From Myxococcota bacterium (GTDB lineage Bacteria; Myxococcota_A; SURF-8), in the NCBI GenBank assembly GCA_965140415.1, contig OZ223209.1, positions 2,464,001 through 2,528,000 on the forward strand: 64,000 bases of DNA, written 5' to 3'. The first letter of the stretch is position 1, and every line of letters begins with the position of its first letter. The notes under the pieces are model-generated. The model saw only the letters and a list, made by a program, of their open reading frames with translations, searched no databases and was not told the origin of the DNA. A program made the translations under genes and the position numbers. This document shows positions 20,220 to 28,297 of this stretch, in pieces.

Positions 20220-22154
20220 TTAGCAGGTTTCGCGACGGCTCCGGTGTATCAGGAATCCAAATAAAATGAAAACAAGTGAAAGCAAACAGGACATCCCTTG
20301 CGCTTGGTGACATCCACCTGCGCTGCCGATTTCTCCGCTGCCATCTTGTGAAATGCAACCTCGTGCCGCATCACACTGCAACCCTTCGGCTTCGCAGTCG
20401 CGACTGTCCAACCAGTTTTCATCGTATGAGCATTGCTGGAAGATCCCATTCTCGCAGCGTGTCTCTCCGGTCTCGCAGCGGATGGAAAGACTTTCCTCAT
20501 TTTCAATTTCGTCCATGTCGCCATCGGAATACTCCTCATCTGCAACCGGAAGAATAAAGTCCGAATCGCCATATTGGATCGGAAGATTGCCGTCGGGTGA
20601 CGTGTCGCCATCAGAAAGTTGTTCTACACATTGTCCCAGATTGCAGATCCAGCCTTCATCGCAGGATTCCAGTAAATTCCAAGAGCCGTTCGCGTCGCAG
20701 ATCCAAACGGAATTATCCAAACCGCATTCCCGTTCACCCTCCACACATTCAACAACGGCTTCCACATCCTGATCGCCATCTTCAGGGGAGTCCCCGTCGC
20801 CGTCAATCGGCTCATCGGTCTCGGGTAAGATGATTTCTCCCTCTGCCAGCGGTGTGTCGCTGTCTTCTTCGCCCAGCTCGCAATCCCCCTCGACAATGCG
20901 AAAGCGACTATAGAAGCTTCGGGTTCGATCTCCGGTCACTTCCACTTCCAGGTCGTGAATGCCAACCGCGAGTTCCTGTGTGTTGAAGCTGCCTCGCCAT
21001 TGTTCTGGAATGGCAGGGTGTTGCAATAAGGTTTGCCAGCTTTCGGAGTCGACCCGAAAGCGCATATTGGATGGTTCCAGCAGATCGAACAGCAGCACGC
21101 GCACCGGGGCCTGCTCGCAGGAATTAGACACTGGGGGCGCATGGGGATTGTCTTGCCACTCCGATTCTCCATCTGCCGAGAATTGAGCGGGAGCCGGGGC
21201 TGTGATTACAGCTAAAGGCCAGGGCTGCTCTGCGTTGACAACCGTTTGGCTGAGGCAGTGATTGTCCAGCGCATACACCGCCAGGTTGTTGTCCGATCCC
21301 TGACCCAGCGAATCGATTCTGAATCGGATCACGTCATCCGAGCCGAGACGGATGCCTCGGTCGTGCTCGTGACCGTGGGCATAGAACGTCGCTCCTTCTC
21401 TAATCAGCAGATCGGAGAAGGCTTCGTTGTTGTCCACATCGAGATAGTCGTGATGGCTGAAAATCATGGTCATTTCACTGCTGCCGAGCGCTTGCAGATT
21501 TTCTTCCAGTTCCAACAATTCCCAATCCGTGAAAATCGCGTTATCCCACCACCACTGTTGACCGTCGTTGGCGGAGTCCGCCGCAGCGGCAAAGCGATAG
21601 CGGCCATAAGGCATATCCAGAGCCCAATAGGGTTGCGTGGTGCGATAGGTTACACCGGAATAGGAATAGGCAAGATAGTAGTTCAATTCGCCGTCGCCGT
21701 AAGCATCGTGATTGCCTGCAAGGTCGAAATAGAAATCCGGGGTAAGTCCGGCCTGCTCCAGGTAGCCGCGATATTCCTGCCATTCTTCGACATGAGGACC
21801 GGTGCCGTAGACGACGCCATCGGTGGAGTCGGTCAGATCGCCGGTGGTGACAATGAACCAGGGATCGACGGTATCGGCAATTTCCGTAGCGACGCGATAG
21901 AGCTTGTCGCCATACGTCTGATTGAAAAACGTGGAAACGTGCGTGTCGGAAATCTGGATGAACCAGAATATATGGCTGCCATCGGCCAGATAGGCTGGAT
22001 TTTCTAGCTCGTTTTCCTGTGCCTGCGCGATATTGATGGAGAGAAATAAAAGCAGAATAGATGTAAGCACGCAGATTGGTATCCGGCTGCGTTTCGATTC
22101 GAAAACGGAAGCCGCCGTATGGCGTTTTGCTTTCTCGATTGTTTCTGCTGTCAT
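20220..22154 (-). CDS. Secreted calcineurin-like metallophosphoesterase with Cys-rich domains and MYXO-CTERM-like anchor
   Basis: ISDTH, TGDLTD, AGNHD, FSHH, HGHEH motifs; C-terminus GGC + hydrophobic helix + RSRR; GGAG RBS before ATG 22154. Confidence 0.85.
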   Translation of the reverse strand: MTAETIEKAKRHTAASVFESKRSRIPICVLTSILLLFLSINIAQAQENELENPAYLADGSHIFWFIQISDTHVSTFFNQTYGDKLYRVATEIADTVDPWFIVTTGDLTDSTDGVVYGTGPHVEEWQEYRGYLEQAGLTPDFYFDLAGNHDAYGDGELNYYLAYSYSGVTYRTTQPYWALDMPYGRYRFAAAADSANDGQQWWWDNAIFTDWELLELEENLQALGSSEMTMIFSHHDYLDVDNNEAFSDLLIREGATFYAHGHEHDRGIRLGSDDVIRFRIDSLGQGSDNNLAVYALDNHCLSQTVVNAEQPWPLAVITAPAPAQFSADGESEWQDNPHAPPVSNSCEQAPVRVLLFDLLEPSNMRFRVDSESWQTLLQHPAIPEQWRGSFNTQELAVGIHDLEVEVTGDRTRSFYSRFRIVEGDCELGEEDSDTPLAEGEIILPETDEPIDGDGDSPEDGDQDVEAVVECVEGERECGLDNSVWICDANGSWNLLESCDEGWICNLGQCVEQLSDGDTSPDGNLPIQYGDSDFILPVADEEYSDGDMDEIENEESLSIRCETGETRCENGIFQQCSYDENWLDSRDCEAEGLQCDAARGCISQDGSGEIGSAGGCHQAQGMSCLLSLVFILFGFLIHRSRRETC

Positions 22155-22182
22155 GTAAAACTCCATCGAGTGATTTGAAGCA

Positions 22183-23394
22183 TCAGGCGGAATCGGCGAC
22201 ATCCAGTACGATCTTGATCGCCTGTTCTTTCCCTTTCGATAAAAAGGCTTTGACGGCCTGCTTGTATTCGCTTACCGGGAAACGATGCGTGATGATATCC
22301 GCAGGATCAACGACTTGTTTCTTTAACAGCTCCGCCGCCACGTCGAAGGAGTTGCGTTCTTCGGTCTCCGATGCATGACAGTTGATGCCGACCAGGTTGA
22401 TCTCTTTGGCCCACACCGGCGAATAATCGATTTTCCCTGGTTGGAAGTTGATTCCGATCAAGACCAAACTGCCCCCGCCGCGAGTCCAGCGCAAGGCCTT
22501 GGTTACAGTAGAGTCGTTTCCGACGGTGTCGTAAATAACGTCGAATCCTCCGAGCAGGATTTCATTTCCGAAATAGCCTTTGATATAGCGCCCGCCGGTG
22601 ATATCTGCAAATTGGCTATAAAGCGATTTCGTTTCCATAACGGGTGTCGCCCCCAGTTTTTCCACCACGGTGGCCTGGAAACAATGGCGAGTGAGGCAGT
22701 ACACGTCCGCTTGAGGGAAGAGTCCGCGTACCGCCGCCACGGTCATCAGGCCGATGGTTCCCGCTCCAAGCACAAGCACCTTCTGGCCGGGTTGTGGATT
22801 GGCTTTGAGTGCGCCGTGGGCTGCGCTGGCAAGCGGTTCCAGTAACAGCGCCTGATCGTTCGTAAGTTCCGCCGGGATTTTGTAGGGCTGGCTTTTATGC
22901 ATGACCATCAAAGGTGAAAAACCGCCGCCGACATCACGGATGGGCAACTCTTTACTTCCCTGATTTTCACACAGCATGTAATTGCCGCGCGCGCATTGAG
23001 GGCAGGGCGGGTCGATCTCCAACTGATTGCAGGAGGGCCAGTCGATGCGCATGGCCACCCGATCGCCAACAGCGACCGTATCGACGTCGGAACCCGCCTC
23101 GATCACTTCGCCCACCAGTTCATGTCCCAGGAATTTCCGGCTGATTCCTGGAATGGCGGCGGGGTAGCACTTCGGGTCCATTTCCATGAACATGAAATGC
23201 AGATCGGTGCCGCACAATCCGCAACTGAGGTTGCGCACCTTCAGCCAGCGAGAATTTGGGATATGCGGCTCGGGAACATCGGCATACTTCAAACTGGAAA
23301 AGGGGCCAAGGGCTGCGTAACGATCGAAGACGGAGGCGACTTTCAGCGTGGCGACCTGGGACAGCTTGTTTTCGAAATACAGGGCTTTCATCAT
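22183..23394 (-). CDS. Zn-dependent medium-chain alcohol dehydrogenase
   Basis: CGLCGTD, GHE, structural-Zn C...CPQC...C, GAGTIG Rossmann motif. Confidence 0.92.
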   Translation of the reverse strand: MMKALYFENKLSQVATLKVASVFDRYAALGPFSSLKYADVPEPHIPNSRWLKVRNLSCGLCGTDLHFMFMEMDPKCYPAAIPGISRKFLGHELVGEVIEAGSDVDTVAVGDRVAMRIDWPSCNQLEIDPPCPQCARGNYMLCENQGSKELPIRDVGGGFSPLMVMHKSQPYKIPAELTNDQALLLEPLASAAHGALKANPQPGQKVLVLGAGTIGLMTVAAVRGLFPQADVYCLTRHCFQATVVEKLGATPVMETKSLYSQFADITGGRYIKGYFGNEILLGGFDVIYDTVGNDSTVTKALRWTRGGGSLVLIGINFQPGKIDYSPVWAKEINLVGINCHASETEERNSFDVAAELLKKQVVDPADIITHRFPVSEYKQAVKAFLSKGKEQAIKIVLDVADSA

Positions 23395-24650
23395 TACGCC
23401 TCCTGGCCGCTGGACGATTCCAGGTTATCCAACGCCGTTGCAACGGCAAGAAGAAGGTCATCCGCTTCCTGCTTGCTTAGCAGAAGGCTGGGGCGGAGTA
23501 AAACCGTGTTTCTTGCTACTTTCCCCGTTTGAGCCAACACTCCGGCTATGGATAATTCCCGGCAGAAATCCGTTGCGGCTTGCTCGCTCTTTAATTGCAG
23601 AGACAATAACAAGCCTTGACCGGCAACACTTCGAAGAGTGGCCTCATGTTGCGTCGAAAGGTTCTCCAGTGCTTTTTTCAACTCAGCTCCGATAGCCGAG
23701 GCATTATCCCAGGGATGAGCTTGTTCATAGACTTTTAGGGCTTTTGTGGCGACGCGGCAGCCTAAGTCGGAACCTCCGAATGTGGAAAGGTGAATCATGG
23801 GGTGATCGTTTAAAAAAGCGTTTACACGTTGGGTCAGTACCGTCGCGCAAATAGGGAACATGCCGCCACCCAGCGCTTCTCCAACAATCAGAATATCCGG
23901 TTGAATCGCGTAGGATTCGAAAGCAAAGCGTTTGCCTGTGCGTCCGAAACCGGTCTGGGTTTCGTCGAAGATCAACAGCGCGCCGTGACGATCGCACAAT
24001 GACCGCAAGGTACTGAGATAGTTCTTATCGATCGTGCGGCAATGATTTTCCGCCTGGGTAAGTTCAAGGATCACTGCGGCGGTATTGGAGGATATCGCTT
24101 GTTTCGCTTGTTCGATGTCGTTAAACGCGATTGTTTTCGTGTTCGGGATCAGGGGGGCATAGGTGTCTTTATCCACTCGCTCAGATAGCGTCAGTGCGAA
24201 ACCGGTTTCGCCGTACCAGCCGCCGTCTACCGTGATCAGTTCCTGTCGTCCCGTGAAGCCTCGTGAAACCTTGCAGGCGCATTCCACTGGTTCGCCGCGC
24301 ATCACACTGAAGACCGAGCATTCCAGTGGGCCGGGTATGAACTCGGAAAGTGTTTGCGCAAGCATCGCCTTTTCTTTTGAGATCATCGGAAAGTTGCCCT
24401 GATCCGTCTGGGTCAAGGCGACATTCAACTCCTGCGCCAATTCCGCGTGATGGCGTCCCAGGTTGAAGGCACCGCCGGAACTGTGGCAGTCTATATAGCG
24501 TTTTCCGTTTTCATCGAAAACGAGTGAACCCTCGCGTTTGGATTCGATGATGTCCAGCCCGTTACGTTTCAACTCGGTGAGCATGGCCGGAGAAAAAAGC
24601 CGGGCGAAATCGTCTTTCAGTTGTTTTGCCGTGTTTTGTTGTTTAGACAT
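23394..24650 (-). CDS. Class-III aminotransferase homologue lacking the catalytic lysine
   Basis: [15 protein letters not shown] retained, but the PLP-lysine motif reads PDILIVG-E-ALGGG (GAA codon at 23877-23879). Confidence 0.88.
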   Translation of the reverse strand: MSKQQNTAKQLKDDFARLFSPAMLTELKRNGLDIIESKREGSLVFDENGKRYIDCHSSGGAFNLGRHHAELAQELNVALTQTDQGNFPMISKEKAMLAQTLSEFIPGPLECSVFSVMRGEPVECACKVSRGFTGRQELITVDGGWYGETGFALTLSERVDKDTYAPLIPNTKTIAFNDIEQAKQAISSNTAAVILELTQAENHCRTIDKNYLSTLRSLCDRHGALLIFDETQTGFGRTGKRFAFESYAIQPDILIVGEALGGGMFPICATVLTQRVNAFLNDHPMIHLSTFGGSDLGCRVATKALKVYEQAHPWDNASAIGAELKKALENLSTQHEATLRSVAGQGLLLSLQLKSEQAATDFCRELSIAGVLAQTGKVARNTVLLRPSLLLSKQEADDLLLAVATALDNLESSSGQEA

Positions 24651-26064
24651 GACGACCTCCTTTCAATGAACCACCAACGCGTTTGACGCCGTCTTCCACC
24701 TTTCGGATAATACCGAATAACGAGGTTTGGAATTTCTCGCTGTTTAACAGATCGCGAAGCGGTTTGATGCGGGCGGCAGGTAGCGCAAGAGGAAGTAGAA
24801 TCTTCATGTCCTTGACCGCGCCTTCAATCGCTTCGATTAGAAGATCCATTTCCTGATCGTTGATGGTGATTGGAGCCATGAAGCGCATGACCTGTGGTGC
24901 ATTGCCGGAATATGCTGCAAACACGCCGTGTTTGGCCAGCGCATCGGACATCATCGGTCCCATGAATTCGTGGATGTATTCAATCCCTACCATCAGGCCG
25001 ATGCCGCGCACGTCCTTGATGATCTTGGGATTACGTTCCCGCAGACGCAGCAGCGCTTCCCGCAGCTTGTCGCCCATGCGCTGCGAATTTTCCCACAAGC
25101 GATTTTCTTCCAGGTACTCCAGCACTTTCAGGGAAACGCGACATCCCAAATCGGAGCCGCCGGTGGAGGTCGGGTGAAAGTCGGGATGAGCATCGACGAA
25201 AGCCGTCAGTTGTTCGGAATCGCGGTACAGCATCGCGGCATTGGGATAAAGCGAGCCGCCAAGCGATTTGGCGACCGTCATGATATCCGGAACGACGCCG
25301 GAATGTTCGCAGGCGAAAAGTTTGCCGGTGCGCCCGAAACCGGTTTGGATTTCGTCGAAGATCAAAATTGCACCAGTCTGGTCGCAAAGCTCGCGCAGTC
25401 CTTTCAAGTAGCCGGTTTCCCCAACAAAGATTCCGGCTTCGCCCTGCACCGGCTCTACGATAATCGCGGCGGTTTCACTGTTGACGGCTTCTTTCATTGC
25501 TTGCAGATCGTTAAAGGGAACGAAGGAAAAACCGGGCATCAGCGGTTCGCAGTAGTGCCGGTAATGCTCCTTGCCGTTGGCGCTCAACGAGAAGCCTGTA
25601 TGTCCATGGTAGGCTTTGATGGTGCTGACGATGTGACTGCGCCCGGTTGCGCCACGGGTGAGTTTGATTGCGCAATCCACCGCATCGCCACCCCCTGCGG
25701 CGAAGAGAATCCGGTTCAAGCCGTCGGGAGACATCTCGACCAGTTTTTTCGCGAAAGCAATTTTGTGCGGCGAAATCAATCCGCTAAGTCCCATGTCCAG
25801 ATCTTGCAGTGCGTCTTGCAGTGCGCCCATAATTTCAGGGTTATGCCTGGATACGTTGAAACTTCCGGCGGAAGAGAAACAGTCGAACATGCGGCGGCCT
25901 GAAATCGGATCGGTAAAGTGAACGCCAAGGCGCTCGGTTTCGAAAACATCCAGGTGCCCGGCTTTTAGATACTTGACTTGTCCTCGGTTGATATACCGTT
26001 CGAAAGTCGAGACGATACGCCGGACTTCCTCGGCATCGATGCGCTCCGGATTCGTATTGGTCAT
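24643..26064 (-). CDS. Class-III PLP aminotransferase (ArgD/PatA-like)
   Basis: [38 protein letters not shown]; extra C-terminal helical tail. Confidence 0.93.
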   Translation of the reverse strand: MTNTNPERIDAEEVRRIVSTFERYINRGQVKYLKAGHLDVFETERLGVHFTDPISGRRMFDCFSSAGSFNVSRHNPEIMGALQDALQDLDMGLSGLISPHKIAFAKKLVEMSPDGLNRILFAAGGGDAVDCAIKLTRGATGRSHIVSTIKAYHGHTGFSLSANGKEHYRHYCEPLMPGFSFVPFNDLQAMKEAVNSETAAIIVEPVQGEAGIFVGETGYLKGLRELCDQTGAILIFDEIQTGFGRTGKLFACEHSGVVPDIMTVAKSLGGSLYPNAAMLYRDSEQLTAFVDAHPDFHPTSTGGSDLGCRVSLKVLEYLEENRLWENSQRMGDKLREALLRLRERNPKIIKDVRGIGLMVGIEYIHEFMGPMMSDALAKHGVFAAYSGNAPQVMRFMAPITINDQEMDLLIEAIEGAVKDMKILLPLALPAARIKPLRDLLNSEKFQTSLFGIIRKVEDGVKRVGGSLKGGRHV

Positions 26065-26383
26065 GGACACTCTTCCTTCCTGCATGAGTGGAACTCAACT
26101 GCTATTATCTGCCTTCACGTTCACCGGATACAATAATTACAACTTATCCGCGTGGGTGGTAGCGATTCAATATCTGCGTCTTGTTTCGTGTTGCAAATTG
26201 GCTTCGACGTCTTAATCGTCACTGTACTCAAAAAGAAGCGAGGTTGAAAGTAGATTTTACAGCAGGGAAGGACATTTTCAGCGATTCGGAAGCTGCGTTT
26301 TGCACGTAGGCGCATTCCTGCAACAAGGCGCAAGACCAGCTCTATCGAGCTTCAGGCTATGGGAACTGTGCTGGCACTGACTC

Positions 26384-27235
26384 TCAGAATACTTCCACCG
26401 CTTCCAATGGAACGGGCGGGTAAATCTGTCCGTGGGAAGGCGGCATGGAGTTATACACCCAGTCGATATCTACCGCTCCCAGCGACAACGGCAGCGGTCC
26501 GAAGGAGCGCTGCGAGTGATACCGTCCACGCACCAGGACACTTTCCATTTTCAACGTCATTGCGAATATGGCAACCGGCGTATCCGGCTTGATGTCGCGA
26601 AGCTCGTCGCTGTAGGGGAAGCGCGTAAAGACGAGGCGGCGCGGGTCTGTCGGCTGGCATTGCAACAACGGGATGATACGCGGGTAGCCATCCGTATCGA
26701 TTGCGGCCAGAAATGCGAGTGAATCCAGTTTGGAAAGCAACTCCATGCCAAAGGCGGACAGCATCTTTTCGTCACCCTTGCGACCGGCTCCGAACTTGGA
26801 AAGTTTGGTTAAAATTGAAGCGGGAACGATGCTTTTTACCGGCAATGGTTCTTTTTCCGTGGTTTCTACCAGATCCATGTAATGCACGGTGTTGATGCCG
26901 AAATAACTGTTGTAGCGGAACATCGGCTTTTCGTTGAACATCGTGTAATCGTCGCCTTCGCGCAGCAGATGCGTCCAGGTGGCTTTGCCGCGCCAGAGTT
27001 CGCGATCGGCGGACATGATCAGAAAGCCGGTTTTGGGATTTTGCTGCACGTGTTGTTTGGATAAACCGATGCAGAACTGTCCCCAAATCACCTGGGTCGG
27101 TGTCTTTGCCTGCAAGGATGTAATCAAGGAGATGTGAGGCAATCCCTGGGGGTTGACCGTCGCCAAAAGCCCGACTTTTTCTGCCGGTTCAAAGGCTTTC
27201 ATGTCCTGTTCGGAAAACGCTTGTTTTATAGTCAC
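26384..27235 (-). CDS. Protein with two tandem pyridoxamine-5'-phosphate-oxidase-like (split-barrel) domains
   Basis: Two copies of the split-barrel entry motif: VGLLATVNPQGLPHIS and LAFLAAIDTDGYPRII. Confidence 0.72.
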   Translation of the reverse strand: MTIKQAFSEQDMKAFEPAEKVGLLATVNPQGLPHISLITSLQAKTPTQVIWGQFCIGLSKQHVQQNPKTGFLIMSADRELWRGKATWTHLLREGDDYTMFNEKPMFRYNSYFGINTVHYMDLVETTEKEPLPVKSIVPASILTKLSKFGAGRKGDEKMLSAFGMELLSKLDSLAFLAAIDTDGYPRIIPLLQCQPTDPRRLVFTRFPYSDELRDIKPDTPVAIFAMTLKMESVLVRGRYHSQRSFGPLPLSLGAVDIDWVYNSMPPSHGQIYPPVPLEAVEVF

Positions 27236-27251
27236 GATGTTTCCCCTTTAG

Positions 27252-28286
27252 TTATCTGATATTGCAGGGATTGAATGATTGCGGTTGGATATCCCGCTCC
27301 TGCTCTCCTGGTTCCTCGTCCAACTGGGTCGAACCGGACCAGTGAACGCATCCTTCGTAAACTCCGGATTCTCTAGCGATCTCGGATAGTTGGTTCATCT
27401 GCTGCTTCGTCATCAGTTCACAGTTCGCAAATTGCCAGTTTCGACCGAGTCGCAGGTATTTGTCCTGGCAGAGATTATTGAAGGCGCAGAGTTCCCAGCG
27501 CGAAAGCAGACCGTTGAGTTCTTCTGCCAAAAAGCTACCGATGCCTCGGATGTTTTCGGCTGTATCGGTCGCTCCGGGGATAATCGGCGTACGCACCCAC
27601 AATGTGCCTCCATTGGATTGCAGATAATCGCGAACGTGGCGCAGGTTGTCCTGAATACGCAGATTGTCACTGCCGGTGAAGTTCTTGTGTTTTTCTGAAT
27701 CAATTTCTTTCACGTCGAACAATACCAGATCGGCATGCTTCAACAGACGATCCAGTGCTTCGGGTTGGCATTGGCCACAGGTATCGATAGCGGTATGAAT
27801 GCCTTCTTTGTGCAATCCGGCCAATAATTGCGCCGCCGCTTTCGATTGCAGTGTTACTTCACCACCGGAGAGTGTCACGCCGCCACCCGATTTTTCGAAA
27901 TAGGCGCGGTCTTTCAATAACTCATGCAGCAACTTGTCCACAGGCCAGTCCGTTCCCCATAATTCCAGGGCGGTGCTGGGGCATTCTTCCGCACAAGCGC
28001 CGCAACCTTCGCAACGTTGCCGGTCGATTTGAATACCCTGCGCTGTGGCCGATAGCGCGTTATTGGGACAGACTTCTAGGCAACTGTGACAGCCGATACA
28101 ACGGGATTCGATCCACTGTATTTGCGGGCGTGAATCGATGCTTTCAGGATTGTGGCACCAGGAACAGGCCAGGCTGCATCCTTTCAGAAAAACGGTCGTA
28201 CGGATGCCGGGACCGTCTTCGGTGCTCATACGCTGGATTTCCAACACGCGCAAGCTGGATTCGGAAACTTCGGCGGCAGAAGACAT
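27252..28286 (-). CDS. Glycyl-radical enzyme activating protein with 2x[4Fe-4S] ferredoxin insert
   Basis: DGPGIRTTVFLKGCSLACSWCHNPE (CxxxCxxC); CIGCHSCLEVCP and CEGCGACAEECP; GGGVTLSGGE. Confidence 0.96.
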   Translation of the reverse strand: MSSAAEVSESSLRVLEIQRMSTEDGPGIRTTVFLKGCSLACSWCHNPESIDSRPQIQWIESRCIGCHSCLEVCPNNALSATAQGIQIDRQRCEGCGACAEECPSTALELWGTDWPVDKLLHELLKDRAYFEKSGGGVTLSGGEVTLQSKAAAQLLAGLHKEGIHTAIDTCGQCQPEALDRLLKHADLVLFDVKEIDSEKHKNFTGSDNLRIQDNLRHVRDYLQSNGGTLWVRTPIIPGATDTAENIRGIGSFLAEELNGLLSRWELCAFNNLCQDKYLRLGRNWQFANCELMTKQQMNQLSEIARESGVYEGCVHWSGSTQLDEEPGEQERDIQPQSFNPCNIR

Positions 28287-28297
28287 CAACAACTCCC

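Noticed and set aside
22154-22202. Overlap of the phosphoesterase ORF with the ADH gene, suggesting it belongs to the GRE operon
   Set aside because: The better start is ATG 22154 with a GGAG RBS, which removes the overlap; read-through is possible but unsupported.
26155-26161. GGTGGTA half-site matching the FadR operator upstream of the aminotransferases
   Set aside because: Only one 7-bp half-site, which is expected by chance in 64 kb.
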